Made by a program: the position numbers and the translations under genes. A stretch of 64,000 nt of DNA, taken from Octopus vulgaris (taxonomy: Eukaryota). The notes beneath the pieces were generated by a model, which saw only the letters and a list, made by a program, of their open reading frames with translations, did not search any database and was not told the origin of the DNA. The stretch lies in assembly GCA_951406725.2 (NCBI GenBank), contig OX597823.1:81654001-81718000 (forward strand). The letters run 5' to 3'. Of this stretch, positions 42,015 to 56,352 are shown in pieces (the first letter of the stretch is position 1; every line of letters begins with the position of its first letter).

Positions 42015-42343
42015 AGTCCAAGAAAGTTAGACGTTGTGATTCCAACCCACTAAGGGATAATATCTATCCAATATACTGCTGGTAGAATACCCAATTAATA
42101 ATACACAAGTGTTTTTTATTGCATTGCAATTACATTACCTAGTGTACTAAATGGGTGAAGGTAAAGAGATATTTTACCATTAATTTATATAGCAATAAGA
42201 AAATGGAGGAGATCAATAGGTGGTTCATCAACTTTTAATCATTATATTATGTTAACTTAATTATTTATTTACTAAACTGATAATTACAATAATATACATA
42301 CATATAACATATTATTCTTTACATATAAGATATGATATAAAAC

Positions 42344-42401
<58 letters not shown>

Positions 42402-42722
42402 TGATTGATTGATTCTAGGGATTGATTGATTGATTCTAGTTTCAGCTCACGAGCTGTGGCCATGCTGGGGCACTGCCATTTATATATACATTCTTTTCTT
42501 TACTTTTACTTTTTCAGTCATTTGACTGTGGCCATGCTGGAGCACCACCTTTTAGTCGAGCAAAACTACCCCATGACTTAGTTTTTGTAAGCCTAGTACT
42601 TATTTTATCGGTCTTTTTTGCCAAACTGCTAAGTTACAGGAACATAAACACACCAGTATCAGTTGTCAAGCGATGTTGGCAGGGGGATAGACACAGACAC
42701 ACAAACATACACATGCATACAT

Positions 42723-42791
<69 letters not shown>

Positions 42792-43461
42792 CAACGGGTT
42801 TCTTTCAGTTTCTGTCTACCAAATTCACTCACAAGGGTTTGGTTGGCGAGGGGCCATAGCAGAAAACACTTGCCCGAGGTGCCACGCAGTGGGACTGAAC
42901 CCAGAACCATGTGGTTGGGAACCAAGTTACTTACCACACAGCCACTCCTGTACCTATATATGTGCATATACGTGTGTGCGCATGTGTGTATCATCATCAT
43001 CATCATCGTTTAGCGTCCGTTTTCCATGCTAGCATGGGTTGGACGGTTTTACTGGGGTCTGTGAAGCCAGAAGGCTTCATCAGGCCCAGTCAAATCAGGC
43101 AGTGTTTCTACAGCTGGATGCCCTTCCTAACGCCAACCACTCCGTGAGTGTAGTGGGTGCTTTTTACGTGCCACCCGCACTGGTGCCAGACAGAGATGGC
43201 AAACGGCCACGAACGGATGGTGCTTTTTATGTGCCACCGGCACGAGGGCCAGGCGAGGCTGGCAACGGACACGAAACGGGGCGGTGCTGGCAACGGTCGC
43301 GAAACGGAAAGTTCTCTTACATGCCACCGGCACTGGTAACACATCTGCAATTTCCATTGATCGATTTCCATTGATCGATTTCGATTCTGATCCTCACTTG
43401 CCTCAACGGGTCTTCACAAGCAGAGTTTCGACATGCCACCGGCACTGGTAGCACATCCGCA

Positions 43462-43503
<42 letters not shown>

Positions 43504-43825
43504 GACACATACTTGATGGTCTTCTTTCAGCTTCCATCTACCAAATCCATTTACAAATATACTTACTTATAGTAGCCCTTAACTATAATTATATAAAAAA
43601 ATTAATGTTACCTATAGTCATTATCAAGTGCTAGGCCAGTGATATAATCATCTTTATGATTGTATCTTTATCTTATAAATATATATGTATGTATGTATGT
43701 ATGTATGACTTCAGGACTTATTTGTTAAGCCTAGTACTAATTCTGTCAGCCACTTTGCCAAACCTCTAAGTATGTGGTTGTCAAGTGGTGATGGGGACAA
43801 ACACAGACAGAAAGACCCTCCCATA

Positions 43826-43860
<35 letters not shown>

Positions 43861-46189
43861 TACTTGATGGTCTTCTTTCAGCTTCCATCTCAAATCCATT
43901 TACAAGGTTTGGTTGGCCTTAGGCTGTAGCAGGAGACACTTGCCTATGTATGAACCTATGTATGTGTTTCTGTGTGATGTATGTATGTATGTATGTATGT
44001 ATGTATGTATGTATGTATGTATGTATGTATGTATGTATGTATGATGTATGTATGTGTATGTATGTATGATGTATGTATGTATGTATGTATGTATGTATGT
44101 ATGTATGTATGTATCTACCTATCTATCTATCTATGTAGCTATCAGCCTGTCTGTCTCTTCTGCATATCTATCTACCTATATATCTATATATACTATCTGA
44201 ATGTGATTGATGCCAGGACTGCCTGACAGGCCACCGTGCTGGTGGCACATAAAAAGCACTATCCAAACTTGATCGATGCCAGGCCTGCCTGACTGGCTCC
44301 TGTACTGGTGGCATGTAAAAAGTACCCACTACACTCTTGGAGTGGTTGGCGTTAGAAAGGGCGTCCAGATGTAGAAACATTGCCTGATCAGATTGGATTC
44401 TGGTGCAGCCACTGGCTCTCCAGTTCTCAGTCAAACTGTCAAACCCATGCCAGCATGAAAAACAGACATTAATCGATGATGATGAGGAGGATATATATAT
44501 GTATGGGTCTTTCTTAAAATGGAAAATATGATTCTAATCTTAACTGTAATCCTTTTGATACAGTCACATATGAGACTGCTTACATTTCTATCATACAAAA
44601 ACAACTTACTGGAGATTCCACTTTGCTCTCTAATACGCATTTCAATTTTGATACTTAAATTATCTTAGAAACCTATAATACTATAATGCTATGCCTAGCA
44701 CACAGTGTTACAAGAGTAGATATTCTACTGTTATCCAATACATTAGATTTTTAAAATGTCATTTTATATAAAATATATTGATCTCCACTTCTTCCTCTGT
44801 ATCATGGCTTATGAACAGAAGAAGTCCTGTGGTGGATCTTGGGTTAGAATCATAGCTGTGTAGAAACACTTGCCTGCATCATGATTGGATTCTGGTGCAG
44901 CTCTCTGTGGCACTTTGAGCAAATGTCTTCTACTATAGCCCCAGGCCAACCGATGCCTTGTGAGTAAACATATTTGATAGAAACTGTGTGGAAGCCTGCC
45001 ACAGATACATAAATATATAATAATATATATATAAATAAATATATATAATAATATAAATATATATAATAATATAATATAAATAATATATAAATATATATGC
45101 ATACATTCACATATATATATGTACATACATATATTTGTATATGCATGCATATATGGGCACAGGACACCACAGAATTTAAACATCATAAAATATGAAAACA
45201 ACATGAAATATGAAATATAACATAAATAAAATTTTGGATTTTGTAGAGGGTCAAAGTTCATCATCATCATCATCATCATTGATTAACGTCCGCTTTCCAT
45301 GCTAGCATGGGTTGGACGGTTCAACTGGGATCTGGGAAGCCCGAAGGCTGCACCAGGCCAGTCAGATCTGGCAGTGTTTCTACAGCTGGATGCCCTTCCT
45401 AACGCCAACCACTCCGTGAGTGTAGTGGGTGCTTTTTATGTGCCACCGACACAGGTGCCAGACCAGGCTGGCGAACAGCCATGCTCGGATGGTGCTTTTA
45501 TGTGTCTATTTATGTGTCTAACCAAAACTGAAAACCTAATTCTGAATTATTGTACATTAAAAATAACAAGGAGGTGTAATTTTATTAATGACTAAATGAA
45601 AGAAATCAATCTATACTACAGATGAGGGAAGCCATATATATGCAGAGGACATAGAATTGCTTTGTGTACCTAGAATTGCTCTTTATCTCATTAGCACCCA
45701 TGGTCCTTTTTTCAGGACCAGAAGGATAATCCATCATATTTCTGCAGTGCCTGTATTTTTCTGAGATATCTTTAGTTAGTCATCAAGACTATAGTGTCTT
45801 TCAAATATTGCAATAAAAATTCATTTATAATATTTAATATCAGAAAAAAAGATTTTTGGTAATAAATCAAATGAAAACAATTTGGGCACTAATGGGTTAA
45901 TGTTGTTGACTAGTTTCTTACTACCAAACAAAGGAGAAATATTAATGAATATTTAGTAGAACTAAGACCTACATTATAGAAATGAGATTAATAATTAGAC
46001 TGACAGTTTGGTTTTGCATATATTGGTTGTTGGTCTAGAACATCTTGACCTGGCTAAAACTGTAGCCATTTTGTACAAAGAGCTGATGAAACCAACAGAG
46101 ATCTAAATAATGGTAATGCTATACATGCTATGAAGAATGTCAGTTTCACAAACCTTTCAAAAACAAAGCCAGCAGAGAGCCACAAATAT

Positions 46190-46850
46190 GTAAAGATTGT
46201 TTTAAATGTGACAAATTAGGCTATCAAAAGCTTAAATAGAAAGCTCTATGAAGAGGGAAGCAGAAAAACAAAATCATTTAAAATAGACACATTGTTTGTG
46301 AATGTACTAGATAGTGGGGAGGCTCTGAAAGTCAATAGAAGTGATAAATATGACCTGTTTGTGTTAGACACAGGTGCATAATGCAATGTTAGTGTTAGAC
46401 ACAGGTGCATAATACAATGTTAGTGATCGTTACTAAGAACACTGCTGCTGAGAAGTTATCTGAATTTACTTTCCAAAGCAAAGAACTTATGTGCATCAAA
46501 CTGCTAGAATGAATTCACTAAATTATAAGTCATAAACCACTGTAAGTTTTAGTTTGTGAGATATAGTATTGCAGTGAATCTTGTGACAGACAATGAGCCA
46601 TCATTTAAAAGTTAGTTATTCAAAGAATTTTACAACACTCAACAACTTGCAGCCACATATGTCTATAACCTAATGATGTGTAAGAAAGAGTTACAGGAAT
46701 TTTGAAATGACTTAGAAAAAGCAGATAGTCCATATTTTACAAAAGGAATACAGCTAGGCCAGTGCATGTACTTTTTCCTGTAGTTCAAATTGGATGAAGA
46801 ACCAGAATCTTACTGTCTACTACTAATCTCCACTTGAAACTGAGTGTGTC
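46190..46850 (+). mobile_element. Highly decayed Gypsy-like LTR retrotransposon remnant
   Basis: CFKCDKLG (zinc knuckle), FVLDTGA*CNV (protease) and LVTDNEPSFKS*LFKEF (integrase) occur in order, with many stops. Confidence 0.55.
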
Positions 46851-47592
46851 TGAATGCCCAGAATCCTACATAATGGTAGACTGAGCAAATGCTAAAATGC
46901 AGATCGGCAAAATATGTTTCCACCAAGACAAAAAAAAAATTATCATGATTGAGTACTTGCAAAAGTGACTGAAAATAACAGGTAGTTATATCATGAGTGA
47001 TGGTTATAGCAGCAAAACAGGAGAAGCACACTCGCAAGCCATAAAATGCAGACGAGCTTTACCCAATAGCCTGGATTTAGCAGATAGTAGTGTTGAGTAA
47101 TTTCACAAAGTTCCTGATCTTCATGACACAAGTGAACTAATAAAAACAAATTCACTAAATAGTAAGACAGTCACAGCAGGAGAAGATCTAGTGACCTAAT
47201 AAGCATTAACTAACTTGCTCTTGAAACAGTTACATCAAGAGAAACAAAAAGATACCAACATTAGACGCTTATTTAAAACCTTTTCATTGCTTACATTGTT
47301 ATAATTGGAATCCGTAGAGTCCAGCTGTGTGGTTAAGAAGTTTGCACGTTAGGTCAGTATCTAAACTATGGCCTTAGTTTGAGAGAAGCATTGGGTTGAA
47401 TTTGATTACACATATACATACCTGTGTGTATTTGTCTCTGCATGTATTTGAAATGACACACTATTTATGACAATATTTACCATTCCATAAGAACAAAACA
47501 TCTGGCAGGTCAGTGGTTCATGCAAAACTGTGCAATGGTATATATATATATATGTGTGTGTGTGTGTATGTGTGTATGTGTGTGTATACGTA

Positions 47593-47644
<52 letters not shown>

Positions 47645-47691
47645 GTTTAAATATTATTGGCTAAACTGGCAATATGACCATTCCGAAATAT

Positions 47692-47737
<46 letters not shown>

Positions 47738-47745
47738 ATGTATGT

Positions 47746-48330
47746 ATATTGAAGAGATTGGCATGAGTTGCCTTCACTAGGTTTGCCTTCAGCACATCCT
47801 TCACCAAGTTGAATGCTTTCCATCTTGCTCCAGTCACCGAACCCTTGAAATCCAGTTTGTCCAACATCATTTGTAGCTGATGGGTGCTTTCCAGCATTAG
47901 TGCTATGTCATCAGTGAATCTAAGATAGGTGAGCATCTCTCTGTTTATCCTTATGCCTTGCCTGCAATTCTATATGCATGTGAGACTTGGGCCTTGACAA
48001 AGAGAGAAGAACAACATCTGCTTACAGCACAGAGAGCCATGGAAAGGTTGAAGCAGGGAATCGTGCTTAAAGATCACATCTGGACTGAGGAGATCAGGGA
48101 TAGAACAGGAGTGAAGGACATCATCACAGAATACCACATCATTGCGATATGAATCAGTTATATTGCAAGGTTTACAGACAATTGGTGGACCTGTGCAGTT
48201 ACTGAGTGGTACCTGAGTGAATGGAAGAGACCACTCAGAAGAGCTCCAATCAGGTGGGTAGATGATTTAAGAAAGATGTTTAGAACAATGTAGAGGAGCT
48301 GACTTGGCACCAGACAGCCTGGCTGATCCA
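47746..48330. mobile_element. RTE LINE insertion with an inverted 5' segment
   Basis: Minus 47746-47955 encodes LRFTDDIAL...ANLFN. Plus 47958 onward encodes LPAILYACETWALTKREEQ. Confidence 0.75.
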
Positions 48331-49543
48331 GGTGATATATGTATACCTTGGATCGTAGGGTGACCTGCTGTGCTTAAGGAGACCTATTGAGTCAAATACA
48401 TCAGCATCAAAAAATCAAAAAATCAAATGGAAATTGTTGTTGTGATACCTGTGCCGGTGGCACATAAAAAGCACCATCTGTATGTGGTCGATGCCAGCGC
48501 CACCTTGACTGGCTTCCGTGCCAGTGACACGTAAAAAGCACCAACTGATCATGGCCGTTGCCAGCCTCCCCTGGCACCTGTGCCAGTGGCATGTAAAAAG
48601 CACCCTCTACACTCACGGAATGGTTGGCGTTAGGAAGGGCATCCAGCTGTAGAAACACTACCAGATCAGACTGTAGCCTGGTGCAGCCTCCTGGCTTCCG
48701 AGACCCCGGTCGAACCGTCCAACCCATGCTAGCATGGAAAGCGGACGTTAAACGATGATGATGATGATGATGTATGTATGTATGCATGTATGTATGTATG
48801 TGTGTGTATGTATATATGTGTGTACGTATATCCAAATGTAGGTGTCTTTGTGTTTGTCTGCCCATCATCCGATAACCAATGACAGCTTGTTTATGTTTGC
48901 ATAGTCTAGTGTTTTGGTTAAGAAGACCAAGAGAAGTTCCAAACTCAGAAAATACATACTGTGGCTGATTGCTTGACTGAACCCTTCAAGGCAGTGCCCC
49001 AAGATAACCACAGTCCTAAGACTGAAACAAGTAGAAGATAAAGCATAAAAGAGAAAATGTAGGAAAATCTGCAGCCTTTTACCATCCATTATATGTACAA
49101 TGAATTTTAACTTCTGATTTTAATGAACAGCAAAGAATGTATTATACATGGAGTTTTATGGCATTTTAAATTGCAAATATTTAAATTAAAAGTGTCCATC
49201 ATAATTTTATGTAAAAACGAGTTTTTGAAGTTGTGTTCTAAATTTTAATAATAACAACATTATTTCTTTCAAACGACTAAACTATTTTGAAATGGTTGCT
49301 TCAATAGATGACAAATTATTGATTCATATTCTCTTGCTGATAATGCTTCAATTCTTAATCAAGATTTTTAACCCTTATAACTGAATTCACAGGTGCAGGT
49401 ATGACTGTGACCAACCACATAGTTCTGGGTTCAGTCCCACTACATGTCACCTTGGGCAAGTATCTGCTACTATCGCCTCGGGCCGACCAAGGCCTTGTGA
49501 GTGGATTTGGTAGACAGAAACTGAAAGAAGCCCGTCGTATATA

Positions 49544-49577
<34 letters not shown>

Positions 49578-50138
49578 GGGGAAGAATTCATGAAAAAAAC
49601 AAAAGATGAAGACAGGTGGTGTAGAAAACAAACAGATGTATTAGTATAGCGCTCGGGAATTGAAAAAATCTTTAACATTTCAAGCCTATGCTCTTCCACA
49701 GAAAGGAACACAGAAAGAAACAAGGAGAGAAAAAATGTGTGTAGTGGCTACCGATCTATCATGGTGACTGGTGTCCATATATATATATATGTATATATGT
49801 GTGTGTGTGTATATGTTTGTGTGTCTGTGTTTGTCCCCGCCAACATCGCTTGACAATCGATGGTGGTGTGTTTATGACACCATAACTTAGCAATTTGGCA
49901 AAAGAGACCAATAGAGTAAGTAATAGGCTTACAAAGAATAAGTCCTGGGGTCAATTTGCTTGACTAAAGGTGGTGCTCCAGCATGGCCACAGTCAAATGA
50001 CTGAAACAAGAAAGAAAGTAACTATGTAATTTCAAGTTGAGTCACTCTATGTGGCACCATGGGCAAGTGTCTTCTGCTGTAGCTTCAGGCCGGCCAATTC
50101 TTGTGAGTGATTTTGGTAGACTGAATCTGTGAGGAAGT

Positions 50139-50223
<85 letters not shown>

Positions 50224-50413
50224 CGTGATCACTGTGACCGACCAGGCTATCAGATGTTGCTACACATAGCTGGTCACAATGCGCTTTGCATTGTTTTAGC
50301 CTTCAAAAGACGCCACCCCACCAGCTAAGCGAGCAGGCCATATATACATATATATATATATATAAATATATGTATATATATATGTATGTATATATATATA
50401 TATAATATGTATG

Positions 50414-50449
<36 letters not shown>

Positions 50450-50459
50450 TGTATGTATG

Positions 50460-50496
<37 letters not shown>

Positions 50497-50578
50497 TAAT
50501 AAAATATTAGGGAATAAATCCAAACTTACAGGGAAAAATCAGATTTAGGATTGAATCCAATTTTATAGTAAAATATTA

Positions 50579-50790
50579 TCTCTCTCTATATAAACGGCAG
50601 TTTGTCTGTGCGTGTTTCTGTGTGTCTGTTTGCTTGTACCCTCACCCTGACCACGGCTTTCAACCGATTCTGATGAAATTTGACACACACATAGCCCAAT
50701 GTCATAATTCAAAACTAACGCAGCGAAAAGTTTGAAAAGTTCCCCCAGTTCTGAAAAAAATCGATAAATTCGACATGAAATAAAAAAGGT
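50579..50790 (+). mobile_element. Helitron-like 5' fragment
   Basis: Starts TCTCTCTCTATATAAA, followed by GTCT-like repeats and a CAACCGATTCTGATGAAATTTG motif typical of non-autonomous rolling-circle elements. Confidence 0.45.
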
Positions 50791-50837
50791 CGAGAAAAAT
50801 CAGATTTAGGATTGAATCCAGTTTTATAGTAAAATAT

Positions 50838-51114
50838 TATATTATATTAAATTAGAGATAAAACCACCATTAGGCAAATCAAACAATGAAAAACTTAAGC
50901 CAATACATAAAATTAATTAATTTATATTATTTTAAATATATATCAAAATTATTAAAAGTTTAATAAAAGATAATCATTATCTTTTATTAAACTTTTAATA
51001 ATTTTGATATATATATTTAAAATAATATAAATTAATTATTTTTATGTATTGGCTTAAGTTTTTCATTGTTTGATTTGCCTAATGGTGGTTTTATCTCTAA
51101 TTTAATATAATATA
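50838..51114. repeat. Near-perfect AT-rich palindrome with about 137-bp arms and a 1-nt centre at 50975
   Basis: ...TTTAATAAAAGATAAT-C-ATTATCTTTTATTAAA... extending out to CCACCATTAGGCAAATC / GATTTGCCTAATGGTGG. Confidence 0.85.
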
Positions 51115-52548
51115 TATATAATATATATATATGTATATACATATATATATATGAATGTGGTATGTGTGTGTGTGTATCTTAGTGTTTGTTCCTCCACCAT
51201 TGTTTGATTGAGAACTGATATTGGTTTTTTTATGTCCTCTTAATTGACTGGTTCTGCAAAAGAGACTGATAGAATAGGTATCAGACTTAACAAATAATTT
51301 CTGGGATCAACTTGCTAAAGCCTTCAAAGTAGTGCCCCAGCATGACCGCAGTCCAATGACCGAAAGAAGCAAAACATAAATGACAAAAGACAACCAGCAA
51401 CTTTGTGATAAATGTAATGAGCGCATCAGGTCACAAATCATCACAGCTAAATACTTCTGCATCATTTGTCCAGCATTTTAGCAAATTTGTCCTTTTAGAG
51501 ATTTTAGGAGAAAAAAAATATTGTTATGATTTACTAGAAGCTATATTTTTCACATTTTTAGATCTAGTAAACTTCATTGCAAGACTAAAGAGGGTTACAT
51601 GTACAAGATTTGTTAAAGGTAGTGAGCTGGCAGAACCGTTAGCACACCGGGTGAAATGCTTTGTGGTATTTCGTCTGCTGTTACGTTCTGAGTTCAAATT
51701 CCGCCGCGGTCGACTTTGCCTTCAAGTACCAGTTACACACTGGAGTCGATGTAATCGACTTAATCCATTTGTCTGTCCTTATTTGTCCCCTCTATGTTTA
51801 GCCCCTTGTGGGTAATAAAGAAACATGTACAAGATGTGTTATTTTCTGAATTTAATTCTGAAAAAAATTTCACCAGATCTTTGACTAAGACCATTATATA
51901 CAACTTCTTTTTTATTTCAAATTTTGGCATGAAACCAGAAAATATGGAAAGGAAAGGGTAAGCTGATTACATTGACCCCAGTGCTCAACTGGTATTCATT
52001 TTATCAGCCCTGAAAGGAATTTGAACTCAGAATGTAAAAATGGACAAAATGCTGCTAAGCATTTTGTCCAGCATGCTAAGAATTCTGTCATCATGCCACC
52101 TTCATACACTATTTCATATTAGTGGTGGAAGCACTCCGTCGGTCACGACGATGAGGGTTCCGGTTGATCCGATCAACGGCACAGCCTGCTCGTGAAATTA
52201 ACGTGTAAGTTGTTTTCGCTCAATAAACACTCACAACGCCCGGTCTGGGAATCGAAACCGCAATCCTACGACCGCGAGTCCGCTGCCCTAACCACTGGGC
52301 CATTGTGCCTCCATTTCATATTAGTAAAACCATTAAGAAGAGAAGGAAATGAAATTGTTTGAAGATATTTTTCATCATTCATAAGATCATGTAAATAGAG
52401 TAACTTAAGTAAATTGATTGCTACTGAGAATCAAAACCTCCCCATGAAACCTATTTAGTGCAGAGGACTAATAATATTCATGAATTAAAATTTCTGGTGT
52501 TGCTACATTATGGTCTCAGGTCTGGCAATGGTGGTAAGACTAGGTTTC

Positions 52549-52765
52549 TTATTTCTTTATTGCCCACAAGGGGCTAAACATAGAGGGGACAAACAAGAAC
52601 AAAGGGATTAAGTTGATTACATTGACCCCAGTGTGTAACTGGTACTTAATTTATCGACCCCGAAAGGATGAAAAGCATAGTCGACCTTGGCAGAATTTGA
52701 ACTCAGAATGTAAAGACAGACGAAATACCACTAAGTATATTAATGTTTCTGCCAGCTCGCTCGCC
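52549..52765 (-). mobile_element. SINE family B copy with a 17-bp target-site duplication
   Basis: TGGTAAGACTAGGTTTC at 52532-52548 and 52766-52782 flanks the element. Confidence 0.8.
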
Positions 52766-54781
52766 TGGTAAGACTAGGTTTCAATGAAGTAAGTGGGGTA
52801 GGGGTGGAGGTCTTATAAGGATGAAGCATGACTGAAGACATCATTATATTATCAAAGATCAGACTCACACCTAAGTATTCATTAAGTTCATGTTTTTTTT
52901 TTACCTCCTTTTATTATAATTAATGAAAATTTCTAGGATTGCAGTATTAAGTTTGTTAGTACTGACTTTACTATTTGCTTTTTATGCAGACAGTGTCCCC
53001 AGGTATTTTCTTCCTCAGTCATTGTTTCAAGTTATCATATCTCTCAGTGTTCATTCACCAACGCATTATATATATTTCCAGTCATCTTAGGTCTGGCAAC
53101 GGTGATAAAACTAAGCTTCAGTGAGCTGGCTGTGACATATCTGGAGATGTCACATTATGGACAAAGAACAGACTCTTTTCTTAACGATTCATTAAGCTCA
53201 CGATTTTTCTTTTTCTTCTCTACAGGTATAATTATTAATTAATTAAAAATTACTCTGCTAACTACTGTAAGTACATTAGCACTGACTTTACTAGACACTT
53301 ATGGCTGAGACTGTTCAATAATCAATATCAATATGTAGATGTTAGTCTCCTATTGTCTAGCTTGTAACATACCTGAATCAGGTAATACAATCAATCGAAA
53401 ATCTATGAAGAGTGTCTCACATACTTTTATTATGCTGATTAAAGAAGAAAAGACAATGGCACTAATGGTTGCAGGAGATAAAGCAGAGCTGAGAATAAAA
53501 GGAAAATGCCTTTTTCTTCTTTTTTTTTCACCCCTTGATAATAATTGATCTAATTGACTGTATTATTGGTACTTATAGTATTGATTCTTACAAGGTGGAG
53601 TAGATCCAGTAGGAATTTGAAATTAGAACTATAAAGTATTGGATTGTCTAATATAAAACTTTTTACATCATTTCAGGTTTAAAATATTTGAGTTTCTGAT
53701 TGGCCTAAAGTTCCAGATATTTAGCATAAAGATTTTAAATTGGTTCTTTTGTGAATAGCATTTTGTATTGTCTATCGAAAAAGTATTTCATTTTCCTTTT
53801 CCTTGTGAATGACATACTTTCTTTGAATAAAACTGAGGGTTTTAGTTGTTAATTAAGCCAAGGTTACCTTGACAACATGTCTGTGTTTTTGTGTAGTTAT
53901 CATGTGGTCTTCAGTTCAGTCCCATTGCATGGAACTTTGGGCCAGTGCTTTTTACTATAGCTCCATGCTGACCAAAGCCTTATGAGTGGATCTGGTAGAT
54001 GGAAACTGAAGGAAGCCAGTTGTGTGTGTGTGTGTGTGTGTGTATCTATATGTGTATGTGTGTGTTGTGTGTGTTGTGTGTGTCTTTGTGCTTCTGTTAT
54101 TCCCCCATCGCTGCTTGATAATCAGCACTGGTTTGTTTAAATCCCTGTGACTTGGCAGTTTGGCAAAACTGACTGATAAAATAAGCTTAAAAATAATTAT
54201 TAGAGTTGATTTGCTTGACTAAACCTGTCAAGATGATGGCCCAGCATGGTTGCAGTCAATGATTGAAGTAATTAAAAAAAAGGACAAGAGATATTGGTTA
54301 GTCTACATTACTCCATAAGTATCAAAGGGCCAGCTTCTTGGTTTCTCTGGCATATATATTGCTCCCTGGATGGGATGCTGGTTTGGTGCAAGATTAATCT
54401 TTTTTACCAGCTGAGTAGGATGAAGCAATATGAAATGAAGTGTTTTGCTCAAGAACACAACACATCACCTGATCCAGGAATTGAAACCACAGTCTTACAA
54501 TCATGAGTCCAACACCTTAACCACTAAGCTATGCACCTATGTAGAAAGTATTATATTTTTGTGTAGGTACCTTTGTAAATGCTAAATATTATTATGTGGA
54601 AAATGATATTTTTTGTGTGGATATCTATGTAAATATCATGTATTACTGTGTATCAAAATCATATATTTTTGTACAGATATCTTTGTAAACAGAACATACT
54701 GCTATGCAGACAATGTAGCAATCACAATTTTAAATTTGGTTAAATACATACTAAACTGTCTTCTTGTGAAAAATATTCCAG

Positions 54782-54917
54782 CTTCATGTGATATTGTGCT
54801 GATCAATACTGGGATAACTGACCCTCTGGTAATGAAGAAGAACTCCTCATCAGTTATTCAAGATATATCTACAGATGTAGAGGTTTCTCCTCAACAGGAA
54901 CTTGTATTACTTAAAAG
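54782..54917 (+). CDS. RGS9BP: Coding exon C (136 nt, phase 1 to 2) of the RGS9BP-like gene
   Basis: attccag acceptor (weak pyrimidine tract) and AG|gtaagc donor. T+CT=Ser joins exon B. Encodes SCDIVLINTGITDPLVMKKNSSSVIQDISTDVEVSPQQELVLLK; LINTGI resembles R9AP LVRTGV. Confidence 0.82.
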
Positions 54918-55333
54918 GTAAGCTGGCTGGGGTAGAGTAAATATCCAATTGTATATATTTTTATGTATTTGAAATAAAAGTTTATAATATCTGAATATAT
55001 ATCTGAATATAGATTGCAAATTATATCTAAAAATGAAGACCACCTGAATAGCCCCGGGCTAAACAGAAATGGCGGTAACCTTAAAAAAGATTTTTTTTCT
55101 TTTCCTCTTATTATGTTATTATGAAGAAAACTCTTTTACTGAATGGTTAAAATACGAAGACATTGATTTTCTTTCTTTTTTTTCTGTTAATAACCAGGTA
55201 TGAGCAATTTTTTTATTGAGCTGAGATATAAATAATGGTTTTAAGTTTTGGTAGAAGGCCAGCAATTTTAGTAGAGGAGTTAGTCAATTATATCGACACC
55301 AGTGTTCAACTGGTACTTATAATATTGATTCTG

Positions 55334-55592
55334 AGAGATAATATTTATTCCCACTTTAACACGGATGTTCTGTTAGAACAATATATACTGTGGTATTTAT
55401 CATGAGAGAAACTCTTGTATAGGCTTTTGGTGCAGAACACACGCTTATATGTTTATATCACCTGTGGTGAGATATAAATTTATCTCCTCACAGATGATAT
55501 AAACAAACAAGCATGCAGTCTGCACCAAAAGCCTATGTGAGAGTTTCTTTCATGGTAAGTACCACAGTCAAATGGGAATAAATATTACCTCT
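55334..55592. repeat. Imperfect foldback element (MITE-like) inserted in a SINE B remnant
   Basis: AGAGATAATATTTATTCCCA / TGGGAATAAATATTACCTCT ends and ATAGGCTTTTGGTGCAGA / TCTGCACCAAAAGCCTAT inner arms. Confidence 0.6.
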
Positions 55593-55895
55593 TGGTAACT
55601 GCCTCTGTTGCTAATATATATCATTGATTCTGAAAAGGCAAAAAGCAGATTTGATCTCAATGAGATTTGAACTCAGAACATAAAGAGCTGGAAGAAATGC
55701 CACCAAGCATTTTCCCTGATGTGCTAATGATTCTGCCAGCTTGACATCTTTCGCCTTCTCTTATCTTTCGGAAACATTGAAATGCAAAGTAAACAGCTGT
55801 GGAATTTAAACTTTGAACTGCATTGAGATTCAATCCTGAAAGACATTTAGTCTGTTGCTCTAACATTTTTATAATTTTCCACCATATGAAAAGAT

Positions 55896-56352
55896 CCTTC
55901 CTTCCTTCCTTCCTTCCTTCTTTCCTTCCTTCCTTCCTTCCTTCCTTCCTTCCTTCCTTCCTTCCTTCCTTCCTTCCTTCCTTCCTTCCTTCCTTCCTTC
56001 CTTCCTTCCTTCCTTCCTTCCTTCCTTCCTTCCTTCCTTCCTTCCTTCCTTCCTTCCTTCCATCCATCCATCCATCCTTCCTTCCTTCCTTCCTTCCATC
56101 CTTCCATCCTTCCTTCCTTCCTTCCTTCCTTCCTTCCTTCCTTCCTTCCTTCCTTCCTTCCTTCCTTCCTTCCTTCCTTCCTTCCTTCCTTCCTCCTTCC
56201 TTTCCTTCCTTCCTTCCTTCCTTCCTTCCTTCCTTCCTTCCTTCCTTCCTTCCTTCCTTCCTTCCTTCCTTCCTTCCTTCCTTCCTTCCTTCTTTCCTTC
56301 CTTCCTTCCTTCCTTCCTTCCTTCCTTCCTTCCTTCCTTCCTTTCTTCCTTC
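55896..56352. repeat. (CCTT)n / (GGAA)n polypyrimidine tract, about 455 bp
   Basis: Read directly from the sequence. Confidence 0.95.
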
